The notes under the pieces were generated by a model. That model saw only the letters and a list, made by a program, of their open reading frames with translations. It did no database searches and was not told where the DNA came from. A stretch of 64,000 bases of DNA from NCBI GenBank assembly GCA_041661505.1, contig JBAZUF010000005.1, positions 3,532-67,531 of the forward strand. Direction: 5' to 3'. This document shows positions 36,848 to 46,096 of the stretch, one piece after another. The translations under genes and the position numbers were made by a program. This stretch comes from Patescibacteria group bacterium. Lineage in GTDB: Bacteria > Patescibacteriota > Patescibacteriia > Patescibacteriales > JBAZCA01. Positions within the stretch are counted from its first letter, which is position 1; every line of letters starts with the position of its first letter.

Positions 36848-37786
36848 TTATTTTTTTACTATCGGCTTAAAATATTCGATAGTCTTTATGAGGCCTTGTT
36901 CTAAAGCGACTTTGGGCTCCCAGCCGAGCTCTTTTTTTGCGAGGCTGATGTCGGGTTGCCTTTGCTTCGGGTCGTCTTCGGGCAATTCCTTGTAGATGAT
37001 TTTGCTTTTTCCGCCTGTTAATCTTATAACTTCTTCCGCCAGCTTTTTTATTGAAAATTCGCCAGGATTACCGATATTTACCGGCCCAATCAAACCTTTT
37101 TTGTTATTCATCATCTTGATTATTCCGTCAATTAAATCGTCCACGTACTGGAAAGAACGGGTTTGAGAGCCATCGCCATAAACCGTCAAATCTTCACCGC
37201 GCAAAGCCTGGACAATAAAATTGGAAACTACCCGCCCGTCATTCGGGTGCATATTCGGCCCGTAAGTGTTAAAAATCCTTACGACCCGAATATCCAGCTT
37301 GTGCTGGCGCCAGTAATCGAAAAACAAAGTTTCGGCGCAGCGCTTGCCTTCATCGTAGCAGGAGCGGGGCCCGACCGGGTTGACGTTCCCCCAATAGGCT
37401 TCGGTTTGGGGGTGGACAATCGGATCGCCGTAAACTTCCGAGGTTGAGGCCTGAAGGATCTTCGCGGAGAGCCTTTTAGCCAGGCCGAGCATATTAATTG
37501 AGCCGTGGACTGACGTCTTGGTTGTTTGGACGGGATCGAGCTGGTATTGGACCGGCGAAGCCGGGCAGGCCAGATTATAGATTTCGTCCACCTCCAGGTA
37601 CAAGGGAAAAGTAATGTCATGCCTTACCAGCTCAAAATATTTATTATCCATTAAGTCGGCAATATTTTCCTTGCAGCCGGTATAAAAATTATCAACGCAG
37701 ATTACTTCATTCCCGTCTTGAAGCAGCCGGCGGCATAAATGCGAACCGATAAACCCTGCTCCTCCAGTGACTAAAATGCGTTTCAT
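36848..37786 (-). CDS. uxs: UDP-glucuronate decarboxylase (UDP-xylose synthase)
   Basis: Contains [40 protein letters not shown] (YxxxK), [19 protein letters not shown] and [11 protein letters not shown]. These are strongly UXS-like blocks. Confidence 0.88.
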   Translation of the reverse strand: MKRILVTGGAGFIGSHLCRRLLQDGNEVICVDNFYTGCKENIADLMDNKYFELVRHDITFPLYLEVDEIYNLACPASPVQYQLDPVQTTKTSVHGSINMLGLAKRLSAKILQASTSEVYGDPIVHPQTEAYWGNVNPVGPRSCYDEGKRCAETLFFDYWRQHKLDIRVVRIFNTYGPNMHPNDGRVVSNFIVQALRGEDLTVYGDGSQTRSFQYVDDLIDGIIKMMNNKKGLIGPVNIGNPGEFSIKKLAEEVIRLTGGKSKIIYKELPEDDPKQRQPDISLAKKELGWEPKVALEQGLIKTIEYFKPIVKK

Positions 37787-37837
37787 AATGCTTAACTTTA
37801 TAACTTCAACTCTGCCACAGGCAGATTTTTTATTTAT

Positions 37838-38737
37838 CTAAATCCCCATCTCTTTCTTATAAATCTCCAGCCACTCGGGCAAATCCATAGTCGGTTCCCA
37901 TCCCAAAAGTTTTTTAGCTTTAGTGTTGGAGCATAAATTTCTAACCGGTTCTATCCTTTCCGGGAGATTGATTGTCGGGCCCCCGAACATCTTGGCAATG
38001 TCATTTACGTTATACTCTGTGCTTTGTCCGGTGTTCATGGCTTGCCCGTCGCAGATATCGCTTTCGGCAGCCAGCAAGTTGCCTCTGACTATGTCTTTAA
38101 CATAAGTATAAGTTCTGAAGTGCGTTCCGTCGCCGGCGACGGTCATCGCTTCCCCCTTCTGACGCTGCTGGCCGAAAATACTAATCACGGAAGCGTAAGC
38201 CCCTTCAGTAGCCATGCGCGGACCGTATACGTTAAAATACCTCAAACATACTGTCGGCAATTTATACACAAAGCTAAACAAACGGCAATATTCTTCACCG
38301 ATCCATTTTTGGAGCGCGTAAGGCGATATGGGGATAGCCGGCATATCTTCGGTTAAAGGCATTTTTTCCTGGTCTCCGTATATGGAAGACGAAGATGCGT
38401 AAACCACCTTTTTCACTCCCGCCTGCCTAGCCGCCTCCAAGACGTTAACCACGGCATTGACGTTGTAATCATGGTATTTTAGCGGCTCTTCAATTGATGG
38501 CTGAACTCTCGCTAACGCCGCTTCATGAAAAACATAATCGACTCCATGAAACAGAGGTTTTATTTTCTCATAATCCCTTAAATCCAATTCGAAAAACTCG
38601 GCTTTGGAATTAATATTCTCTTTTTTGCCGGTAGCCAAATTATCAACTACAATTACCTCGTCCCCCCGATCGATTAAAGCGTCGACTAAGTTAGATCCGA
38701 TAAATCCGGCGCCGCCGGTAACTAAACATTTTGCCAT
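37838..38737 (-). CDS. NAD-dependent nucleotide-sugar epimerase/dehydratase (extended SDR)
   Basis: Contains [29 protein letters not shown] and YALQK (YxxxK). Substrate not assignable from sequence. Confidence 0.8.
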   Translation of the reverse strand: MAKCLVTGGAGFIGSNLVDALIDRGDEVIVVDNLATGKKENINSKAEFFELDLRDYEKIKPLFHGVDYVFHEAALARVQPSIEEPLKYHDYNVNAVVNVLEAARQAGVKKVVYASSSSIYGDQEKMPLTEDMPAIPISPYALQKWIGEEYCRLFSFVYKLPTVCLRYFNVYGPRMATEGAYASVISIFGQQRQKGEAMTVAGDGTHFRTYTYVKDIVRGNLLAAESDICDGQAMNTGQSTEYNVNDIAKMFGGPTINLPERIEPVRNLCSNTKAKKLLGWEPTMDLPEWLEIYKKEMGI

Positions 38738-38772
38738 ATTATTAATCTTAATTATGCAGTTTTTATGTCCGC

Positions 38773-39699
38773 TTATTTCTTATTTACCGCGTCTTCTCCG
38801 TATACTCCTTTTACCAAGTCTAAATCTTTGCAGGTTTTGATAAGTAAATCCAAATTTTTTTCTTCCAGGCTTTTAATAACTTCCATCCCAAGCGGATCGC
38901 CCACCATCTTAGAGTACATTTCCCGGAAAGCGGCAAAATCTTTAATAAAGCAGTGGCCGCCGGCTCCGCGTCCGGCTTTATGGACCGGCACCATATGCAC
39001 GTCGTTATAAGCCAGTCCCGGCCGGGCTTCACCGCCTGATTCCCCGCTTTTATGGATTGGATTCAAATGGTTAGAACCGATGCGCGGATCCGCCGCCATC
39101 GCGTCCCTTACCGCTTCCCAGCGGCAACCCAGCTTTTCGGCTAAATCGTAAAGCAGGTTGATATAAATCACCTTAAAATAAAACCAGCAATTGCCTCCGT
39201 ACTTTATAAGCTCGGCTTCTTTGGCCGTGCAAACCAACTCGTAAGGGGCTTTAGGCAGGACGGCCAAAGCTTCTTTGGCTTTTTCTGTATATTCGTCATT
39301 TTGGACCGGCGAACCGATAATATTCCTGAACGGATGGGCGGCGTCGTAGGCGGCCGTGGACTCGGTTAAAAATTCCGGCGAATGAAAAATGAACTTGCCC
39401 GGATTTTCTTCCTGGATAGATTCGGTCGTCCCGGGTAAAAGGGTAGATTTTATCACTACCGACTTCCCTTCACCCGCCAGCTTAACCACACTCCTTAAGA
39501 TACTTGAATCAAAGCCTTGGGGCGTAGTCGGGGTCGGGACGGCAATGAAAACGATATCGCAATCTTTGATCTTTTCCTTGTTTTGGACATAAGGTTCTTC
39601 CATAGCGTAGCGCACGACTTGAAAACCGCGCTTTTCAAAATCATCGGCATAATTCTTGCCGATCCACCCTTGTCCGATAAATCCGATTAGTTTTCCCAT
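38773..39699 (-). CDS. UDP-glucose/GDP-mannose dehydrogenase family protein, short form
   Basis: N-terminal Rossmann IGFIGQGWIGKN and IAVPTPT. The Cys-containing block GRGAGGHCFIKD resembles the catalytic GG.C..KD motif. At 308 aa it is about 100 aa shorter than typical UGDH as I recall them. Confidence 0.65.
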   Translation of the reverse strand: MGKLIGFIGQGWIGKNYADDFEKRGFQVVRYAMEEPYVQNKEKIKDCDIVFIAVPTPTTPQGFDSSILRSVVKLAGEGKSVVIKSTLLPGTTESIQEENPGKFIFHSPEFLTESTAAYDAAHPFRNIIGSPVQNDEYTEKAKEALAVLPKAPYELVCTAKEAELIKYGGNCWFYFKVIYINLLYDLAEKLGCRWEAVRDAMAADPRIGSNHLNPIHKSGESGGEARPGLAYNDVHMVPVHKAGRGAGGHCFIKDFAAFREMYSKMVGDPLGMEVIKSLEEKNLDLLIKTCKDLDLVKGVYGEDAVNKK

Positions 39700-39719
39700 A
39701 TTTTTACTTTGTTAAATAA

Positions 39720-39884
39720 GCTTGGACAATATATGCGATTCCATTATGATTTTTAGCGCAAATTATCCGTTAAAAATAGCCGCTGTTTGACCCGCCCTTC
39801 AGGGCGGGGAGTTCGGCTATTTTAGGATAATTTGCGCGTGACAAAGGCAAAAATCATCCATGGATGAGCGTATATTGTCCAAGC
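39720..39884. repeat. long imperfect palindrome / hairpin element B (165 nt) with conserved apical core
   Basis: Pairings: GCTTGGACAATATA/TATATTGTCCAAGC (14 bp), GCGCAAATTATCC/GGATAATTTGCGC and AAAATAGCCG/CGGCTATTTT. The apex is CTGTTTGAC-CCGCCC-TTCA-GGGCGG-GGAGTT (39783-39813). Confidence 0.85.
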
Positions 39885-39931
39885 TGATAAAATTGCAATT
39901 TTAAACACTATACCTTATTATTAAATAAAGT

Positions 39932-41131
39932 ATGGCAAAAGTCAAAAAATCCGCCTCCCCGGCGGGTAAAATCCTCTACCTTATTACCCAATCCGAGCTG
40001 GGCGGCGCGCAAAGCTATATTTTTGATTTGGCTAAAAACCTTAAGGAAGAGTACGAAATTAGCGTGGCTTTTGGCCTGTCCCGCAATCGGCGGGGCGAGC
40101 CGGGCGAGGCTGGGGAGCTGGCTAAAGCCTTAAAAAGCGAAGAAATTAGCGCTTTTTTCCTACCCCATCTTAAGCGCCGTATTTGCCCTCGAAATGACCT
40201 TTGGGCCTACTTTGAAATCAAGGCTTTAATCAAAAAATTAGAGCCGGATATAATCCATTTGAATAGCTCTAAGATCTCCATTCTTGGCTCTTTAGCGGCA
40301 AGGGCAGTAAAATCCAAAAAGACCCAGATAATCTATACTGCCCACGGCTGGGTCTTTAACGAGCCTATGTCGGGGATTAAAAAAGCCTTTTACAAATGGG
40401 CGGAAAAATTTACGGCCCGTTATAAAGATAAAATAATCTGCGTTTCCGAATTCGACCGGCAAGCCGCGCTAAAGGAAGAAATCGCTCCAGCGGAAAAGCT
40501 AGTCACTATCCATAACGGCATCGGCGAAATTAATTTCTTAACTAAAGAAGATGCCCGCCAAAAATTAAATCTTCCGCCAGACAGCTTGGTAATCGGCTCC
40601 ATCGGTAATTTATATAAGACTAAAGGCTTTGAATATTTTATTGAAGCGGCCGCGAGTCTATTAAAAAGCCAGCTCTCCGGCCAAACCAAAGCCCAGGCTG
40701 GACAGACTGCGCGTTCTCCGCTCGCCTTTATCATCATCGGCGAAGGCGGAGAAAGAAAAAATCTTGAGGCTTTGATAAATAAACATCATCTGGAAAAACA
40801 GTTTATTCTGGCTGGCCGCATTTCGGACGCCTCGCGCCTTTTAAAAGCTTTTGATGTTTATGTTTCTTCTTCAGTTAAAGAAGGCTTGTCTTACACCTTG
40901 ATCGAAGCAGTTCAGGCAGGACTGCCTATAGTCGCTACCGAGGTCGGCGGCAATCCGGAGGTTTTAGCCGGTTATAGCGCTGACCTTGTTGAACCCGGCG
41001 ATTCTCAAGCCCTCGCCGAAAAAATCAGCCGCCATCTTGGGCGTCCTTTTCCAATAAAAAAAATACCCCAAGGTTTTACTCTTCGGGAAATGCTTGAGAA
41101 GACAAAAAAAATCTACGCTTCATCCTTTTAA
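39932..41131 (+). CDS. glycosyltransferase family 4 (GT-B)
   Basis: Contains ILYLITQSELGGAQ, HLNSSK and SVKEGLSYTLIEAVQAGLPIVATEVGGNPE. Confidence 0.85.
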   Translation: MAKVKKSASPAGKILYLITQSELGGAQSYIFDLAKNLKEEYEISVAFGLSRNRRGEPGEAGELAKALKSEEISAFFLPHLKRRICPRNDLWAYFEIKALIKKLEPDIIHLNSSKISILGSLAARAVKSKKTQIIYTAHGWVFNEPMSGIKKAFYKWAEKFTARYKDKIICVSEFDRQAALKEEIAPAEKLVTIHNGIGEINFLTKEDARQKLNLPPDSLVIGSIGNLYKTKGFEYFIEAAASLLKSQLSGQTKAQAGQTARSPLAFIIIGEGGERKNLEALINKHHLEKQFILAGRISDASRLLKAFDVYVSSSVKEGLSYTLIEAVQAGLPIVATEVGGNPEVLAGYSADLVEPGDSQALAEKISRHLGRPFPIKKIPQGFTLREMLEKTKKIYASSF

Positions 41132-42346
41132 ATACTTTTTTCCTTTGAGCTTGTCAGGAAAATACTCCTGCTCTTCTTTGTAATCGAATTTAGGCGAATA
41201 TTTATAGTCTTTGCCGTACCCCAAGTCTTTCATCAGTTTAGTCGGGGCGTTTCGGATATGCAAAGGCGTAGGCAGGTTGCCATGCTCATGCACGTCGCTA
41301 GTAGCCTGGCCATAAGCAATATAGAGTTCGTTCGATTTCTTGCACTTAGCCAGGTAAACCACTACCTGCGCTAGAACCACGCCGCATTCCGGCATGCCGA
41401 TAAAATGGCAAGCCTGGTAAGCCGCTACCGCTTGTTCTAAAGCCCGGGAATTGGCGAGGCCAATGTCTTCCGAAGCGAAACGCACCAGGCGCCGGGCGAT
41501 ATACAAGGGATCTTCTCCGCCTTCCAGCATCCGCGCGAGATAATACAATCCAGCATCCGCGTCTGATCCGCGCAGGGACTTATGGAGAGCCGAAATAATA
41601 TTATAGTGCTCTTCCCCGTCTTTGTCGTAAAGAAGATGGGATTTTTGAAAAGCTTCTTCAATTTCTTTTTCGCAAATTTCGTTAGTGATATTGCTCGCGT
41701 ATTCCAAAACATTTAATGCCGTACGCGCGTCGCCGTTCGACATCTTGGCGATCATTTTAATATTATCATCGCTTATTTTTATCTTTTTTGCTCCCAGCCC
41801 GCGTTCAGTATCAGCCAAGGCCCGCTTAATAATTACTTCCAGTTCAGATTCACTTAATTGCTCTAAAACAAAAACCCGGCATCTTGATAATAACGCCGGT
41901 CTGACTTCAAAACTCGGGTTTTCAGTTGTAGTGCCGATAAAGACGATCGTGCCATTTTCCACGTGGGGTAAAAGCGCGTCCTGTTGGGCTTTATTCCAGC
42001 GGTGAATTTCGTCGATAAACAGGATGGTTTTTTTGTCGTATAGCAAATTCTCCCGGGCCCGGTCGATAATCTTTCTTAAGTCCCTCACGCCGCTCGTTAC
42101 GGCCGAAAACTGGATAAATTCGGCTTTTAAATATCCGGCAATCAGACGGGCTAAAGTCGTTTTTCCCGAACCCGGCGGCCCCCACAAAATCATGGACGGC
42201 ACCTCGCCGGCTTCAATGGCGCGCCGAAGCATAGCTTCCTTGCCGGCCACTTTGACCTGTCCCACCATTTCTTCCAAATCGACCGGCCGCATCCGGTCGG
42301 CTAAGGGTGAAATATTCGTACGATTTGTTTCTTTTCTCGTTTCCAT
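41120..42346 (-). CDS. rarA: replication-associated recombination protein A (RarA/MgsA AAA+ ATPase)
   Basis: Contains LADRMRP..L.EMVGQ, Walker A GPPGSGKTTLA, Walker B LFIDEIHR.NK.QQD.LLP.VE.G, GATTENPSFEV-type block FIGTTTENPSFEV, and the MgsA_C blocks YD..GEEHYN.ISA..KS.RGSD.DA..YYLARM and PLHIRNAPTKLMK.LGYGK.Y.Y. Confidence 0.95.
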   Translation of the reverse strand: METRKETNRTNISPLADRMRPVDLEEMVGQVKVAGKEAMLRRAIEAGEVPSMILWGPPGSGKTTLARLIAGYLKAEFIQFSAVTSGVRDLRKIIDRARENLLYDKKTILFIDEIHRWNKAQQDALLPHVENGTIVFIGTTTENPSFEVRPALLSRCRVFVLEQLSESELEVIIKRALADTERGLGAKKIKISDDNIKMIAKMSNGDARTALNVLEYASNITNEICEKEIEEAFQKSHLLYDKDGEEHYNIISALHKSLRGSDADAGLYYLARMLEGGEDPLYIARRLVRFASEDIGLANSRALEQAVAAYQACHFIGMPECGVVLAQVVVYLAKCKKSNELYIAYGQATSDVHEHGNLPTPLHIRNAPTKLMKDLGYGKDYKYSPKFDYKEEQEYFPDKLKGKKYLKG

Positions 42347-42388
42347 GCCCCCATAGTAGCAAAATTCAAATTTAAATTCAATTAGGAA

Positions 42389-42967
42389 TTATTCAAGCTT
42401 CAGCCTGCAAGACCCGCCCTTGACGTCGATGCCGCACAAAGGCATATAGGGAGAGGCGAGAAGCATGCATATTTTTTGACCTGTACTCCCCTCGCATACA
42501 CCCTTTTTCTTGACTGAAAATATTTTGACGCATTTATTTTTGCCGTCAGTATCATAGATGAAGAATTCATTATTGTTTTTCGATATTTTTTTGCCGACTC
42601 GCAGAGTTGTCAAAACATACGCATTGCCGGTACAGTTATTTGTTTCATAATTCAAAGCTATCTCTGGCGCGCTTGCAATATGCGCGCTAGCGCAATCAAA
42701 ACTGTTAAGCATTCTTATAAAACCATCTTTATCAAAGTAGATCATGCCCTCGCAGGTGCTTTTTTCCGGCAAACTTAAATAAGTGCCCAACCGAAGAGAT
42801 AAGTCGTTACTATAAACGCCGATAGACTGATAAGGATGGACTCCATCATATTGCGATTGATCAGCCCTTGCCCCCTTCCAAACTCTTTGTTGCACTAATA
42901 AACCGCCAGCAAGAATTAGTAATATTATTAAGAAAAAAAATTTAAGATTAAAATTTTTTTTGAGCAT
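42389..42967 (-). CDS. hypothetical secreted/anchored Cys-rich protein
   Basis: 192 aa with the N-terminal hydrophobic anchor FFFLIILLILAGGLLV and 8 cysteines in the mature part. No family recognised. The gene looks AT-rich by eye. Confidence 0.6.
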   Translation of the reverse strand: MLKKNFNLKFFFLIILLILAGGLLVQQRVWKGARADQSQYDGVHPYQSIGVYSNDLSLRLGTYLSLPEKSTCEGMIYFDKDGFIRMLNSFDCASAHIASAPEIALNYETNNCTGNAYVLTTLRVGKKISKNNNEFFIYDTDGKNKCVKIFSVKKKGVCEGSTGQKICMLLASPYMPLCGIDVKGGSCRLKLE

Positions 42968-43028
42968 AATTTAACGCTTATATTAATTAATATTTAAACC
43001 CATTAAATTCTTATGAGTAATTAGCTTC

Positions 43029-43706
43029 TTAATTTCGCCTCCTATTAAATTCATTAAGAATATAATCCGCGTCAGCGGGTTCGAATTCGGGCCAGTTCTT
43101 TTTTAAAAACAGTATCTCGGAATTAGCGCCTTCCCAAAGCAGAAACCCGGAAACTTTTTCTACGCCTGAAGTACGGACAACTATATCCGGATCCGGGAGC
43201 TCTCCATTATACAAATATTTCTTTATTATCCCTTCGTGCACCTGGTCTTCCAAAACATTGTTTTTAATCATTTTTTTTATAGCGTCAACCAGCTCTGCCC
43301 GGCCGCCGTAATTTAGGCAAATGTTGATAGTCCCGGCTTTGCCGTCTTTAGTCTTGTCGGCCGCAACTTGCACCGCTTGCGGTAAATCTCCGGGCAGTTC
43401 GCCGACCCGCCCGCTAAAGATAAGGCGATATTCCTTTTCCACCGCCTGCTCGGCTTCTTTTTCTATGGCCTGCCGCAAAATTTTCATCAGACAATTTACC
43501 TCTTCGGCCGGACGGTCCCAGCTCTCGGCGGAAAAAGCGAAAAACGAAAGCGCCTTTACTCCCCGCGAAAAAAACCATTGGGAAGACAAGCCCATTTTTT
43601 CATAGCATTTGATATGCCCTTCCTGGTATGGCAAATTCCGTTCGGCCGCCCAGCGCCGGTTTCCGTCCATGATTATTCCGATATGGTTGGGGATATTTTT
43701 TTCCAT
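43029..43706 (-). CDS. uppS: isoprenyl transferase (undecaprenyl diphosphate synthase)
   Basis: Contains HIGIIMDGNRRWA, FAFS.ESW.RP..EV, RTSG..VSGFLLWE and E..F....WP.F. Confidence 0.93.
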   Translation of the reverse strand: MEKNIPNHIGIIMDGNRRWAAERNLPYQEGHIKCYEKMGLSSQWFFSRGVKALSFFAFSAESWDRPAEEVNCLMKILRQAIEKEAEQAVEKEYRLIFSGRVGELPGDLPQAVQVAADKTKDGKAGTINICLNYGGRAELVDAIKKMIKNNVLEDQVHEGIIKKYLYNGELPDPDIVVRTSGVEKVSGFLLWEGANSEILFLKKNWPEFEPADADYILNEFNRRRN

Positions 43707-43759
43707 ATATGCCAGCTGGCGATTAGCGGCCAGCCTCGCTGATTTTTAATGCCCGTCTT

Positions 43760-44035
43760 TTAGGCCGCCCTTGAAACTTTTAATAACTTTATCTTCTCGC
43801 CGGCTCCGCTTATAATCTTGACGTTTACGGCTAAAAATTCTTTTCTTAAATATTTCACCAGTGCTTCGTTTGCCCGGCCTTTTACCGGCTGGGCGGCCAC
43901 GTCAATCTTTATTGTTTTTCCTTCTTCGCCTTCCAAAACTTCGCGGACCGCGGTTTTCCCGGCTCCGGTTCTCACTTTTACCCTTAAGTATACTTCTCCT
44001 TTTTCCTTAAATTGTTTCTTAAATGGCTCTAGCAT
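43760..44035 (-). CDS. DUF167 (YggU) family protein
   Basis: 91 aa. L.V.V...A....V........I.V.A.P..G.AN.ALVK.L is the typical DUF167 pattern. Confidence 0.8.
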   Translation of the reverse strand: MLEPFKKQFKEKGEVYLRVKVRTGAGKTAVREVLEGEEGKTIKIDVAAQPVKGRANEALVKYLRKEFLAVNVKIISGAGEKIKLLKVSRAA

Positions 44036-44736
44036 TATTTTATTCCGATATAGGCAATCATCGCTTTTAAAGGCTTCGCTTTTTCGCGGCGAAAAGAAAA
44101 ATATTTACTATCCAGGCAATGGGTGCATTTGCCGCTTATCCTGATATTCTTTTCCGGAACGCCCGCGGTTTTTAGCTGGGTTTTTAAAACTGCCGGCATG
44201 TCTAAAAAATATTTGCCGCCGCGCCTTATAACCCCGCTGCCGTAATGTTTAAATTCTTCCATTAAATCTTCCTTAATTTCAAAGTGGCAATTTTTCAGAT
44301 GCGGTCCGACAAAGAAATATAAATCCTTTTCCCGGGAGCCGAATTCTTCCTTTATCCTTTTTACGGCTTCTTTGCCGATTCCCCTGGCGAGGCCGCGCCA
44401 GCCTGCATGGACGATGCCGGCCGCTTTCTTTTCCGGATCAAAGATAAAAATTGCCATGCAGTCCGCTATGGTAACGCTTAATATTGCCTTATCGCGGGTC
44501 AACAGCCCGTCAACATTATCAATCATACGGCCGCCTTCCAATACTGATACCCGGCTGATATTTATTCCGTGGGTATTTTCCGCCGAGATTACCCGGGAAT
44601 TTTCAATTTGGCGGAGCCTGAAAAAATTCTCCCGGTTTAAAATATTTTCTTCCGGCTCCTGATCCTTAAAAAGCTTCATTGACCCGTCTTTTTTCTCCGA
44701 GACGCCCCAAATTATATTTGAAAAATTAAAAAGCAT
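44035..44736 (-). CDS. pgeF: laccase-domain / purine nucleoside phosphorylase YfiH-PgeF family protein
   Basis: Contains TADCMAIF.FD (here TIADCMAIFIFD), AG.VHAGWRG and C.HC....FFS.RR (here CTHCLDSKYFSFRRE). Its start overlaps the yggU-like stop by 1 nt. Confidence 0.85.
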   Translation of the reverse strand: MLFNFSNIIWGVSEKKDGSMKLFKDQEPEENILNRENFFRLRQIENSRVISAENTHGINISRVSVLEGGRMIDNVDGLLTRDKAILSVTIADCMAIFIFDPEKKAAGIVHAGWRGLARGIGKEAVKRIKEEFGSREKDLYFFVGPHLKNCHFEIKEDLMEEFKHYGSGVIRRGGKYFLDMPAVLKTQLKTAGVPEKNIRISGKCTHCLDSKYFSFRREKAKPLKAMIAYIGIK

Positions 44737-44745
44737 AGTCGCTGG

Positions 44746-46092
44746 CTACTCTTCTTTGAAAACAATGGCGTTGGGGACATTCCGGCCCGGTCCGACAATG
44801 TATTCATCATTATACCATAAGGCAGTAGAACCGCCTCCGTCAAGGTTTAAGGCGTATTCCAGGCCAAGAGACTGCATCACCTCGGCGGCTTCCGGAAAGG
44901 TGGAATTATAGACGACTGCCAGATAAATTTTATTTTCTTTATAACCCAGAGCGTTATGGACCGAACGCTGGGTCAGCTGCTTTTTGTCCAGCTCCCATTC
45001 AATTAGATAATTCATGTAGTCCTGAATCATCCTCGGCTTGTTGCCGATGGCCGCCTGCAATTTTACTCCGTAGTTTTTTTCGAAGCCAGCGACGCTCCCA
45101 AATTCCCGGCTGTCTTTAAAATAATAGAATTTGTTGTTCTGGTCAAAGACGAACATCGGCCCGGTCGTCCAGTATTTCAGCTGGTCCTCGTTAATCATGA
45201 CTCCGAGCCGCGTATTGAAAGTCGGGTAAAAAGTGGAATTATATCCGCATCCGCCGGAATCGCAAAAGTATGATCCGTTTATTCCGGCAAAGGCGCTGGA
45301 CGAGAGCGCGTATTTAGCCAATGATTTTACCGGGCAATTGGTTTTGCAGTTGGCTTCGTTGGCCGTATCAGTAATTATTTTTAATTTAGGATTGGTTAAA
45401 TCTATGGTAATAAGGTCCAGCGTAAATATCTTACTGCCAGCCGTCACTTTTTTATGCTCGTATTGGCTGTAATTATTTATCGATTCAGCTGTGCCCGGCT
45501 TGTGGATCTTCGCCAAATTTTCACTGGTTATTCCCAAAGAAAGCTCGCGCATAATCCGGAAAGCGTCTGTCGGCCGGCCTAAATAATATTTTTTCAGATC
45601 TGTCGGGTTGATATACCAGGCCTCTCCATTTCCTTCTACTTGAAGTAAAATTTTTCCCGCAAGGCTCTGGGTTAGCTGGCGGTCATAACTTTTTGCCGGA
45701 TCGTTTGTTTGCGCCGAAGCTGGCGCAGAGGCTAATGGCTCGACCGGGCTTGCACTTACAGCCGTTTTGGGAGTCGAGGTAGCCGCTTCTTTTACTCCGG
45801 CCACCTTCTTTTCTCCGGGTATGAAAATATTTTTATCCCTTTCCGAAGGTTCAATTTTCGCCAGGCGTTCATTGGTTATTCCCAAAGAAAGCTCGCGCAT
45901 AATCCGGAAGGCGTCTGTCGGCCGGCCTAAATAATATCTGTTATTGTTGCATGGATTTACGTACCAGGCTTCCCCGTTTTTCTCCACGTTCAAAAGAATC
46001 CGTCCGGACAATTCTTTTCCCAGCGGCCCCGCGTTTAATTTAAGCGGGAGTATCAAAAGCGCCGCGGATAAAAATAACCAAAAGCATTTCAT
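44746..46092 (-). CDS. secreted protein with two N-terminal ~50-aa repeats and a C-terminal phosphodiester glycosidase (DUF2233/NAGPA-like) domain
   Basis: Signal peptide present. The repeats are GRILLNVEKNGEAWYVNP...YYLGRPTDAFRIMRELSLGITNERLAKI and GKILLQVEGNGEAWYINP...YYLGRPTDAFRIMRELSLGITSENLAKI. The C-terminal ..ALNLDGGGSTALWY.. is typical of DUF2233. Confidence 0.75.
   Translation of the reverse strand: MKCFWLFLSAALLILPLKLNAGPLGKELSGRILLNVEKNGEAWYVNPCNNNRYYLGRPTDAFRIMRELSLGITNERLAKIEPSERDKNIFIPGEKKVAGVKEAATSTPKTAVSASPVEPLASAPASAQTNDPAKSYDRQLTQSLAGKILLQVEGNGEAWYINPTDLKKYYLGRPTDAFRIMRELSLGITSENLAKIHKPGTAESINNYSQYEHKKVTAGSKIFTLDLITIDLTNPKLKIITDTANEANCKTNCPVKSLAKYALSSSAFAGINGSYFCDSGGCGYNSTFYPTFNTRLGVMINEDQLKYWTTGPMFVFDQNNKFYYFKDSREFGSVAGFEKNYGVKLQAAIGNKPRMIQDYMNYLIEWELDKKQLTQRSVHNALGYKENKIYLAVVYNSTFPEAAEVMQSLGLEYALNLDGGGSTALWYNDEYIVGPGRNVPNAIVFKEE
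45526..45937 (-). repeat. intragenic direct repeat: two 64-nt copies (45526-45589 and 45874-45937), 63/64 identical, period 348 nt
   Basis: GGTTATTCCCAAAGAAAGCTCGCGCATAATCCGGAA[A/G]GCGTCTGTCGGCCGGCCTAAATAATAT occurs twice. The flanking parts of the two protein repeats are much more diverged at the DNA level. Confidence 0.9.
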
Positions 46093-46096
46093 AATT

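Noticed and set aside
41120-41131. 12-nt tail-to-tail overlap of the GT4 (plus strand) and rarA (minus strand) genes.
   Set aside because: Convergent 3' overlaps of this size are common in compact genomes. I saw no hairpin or regulatory motif associated with it.
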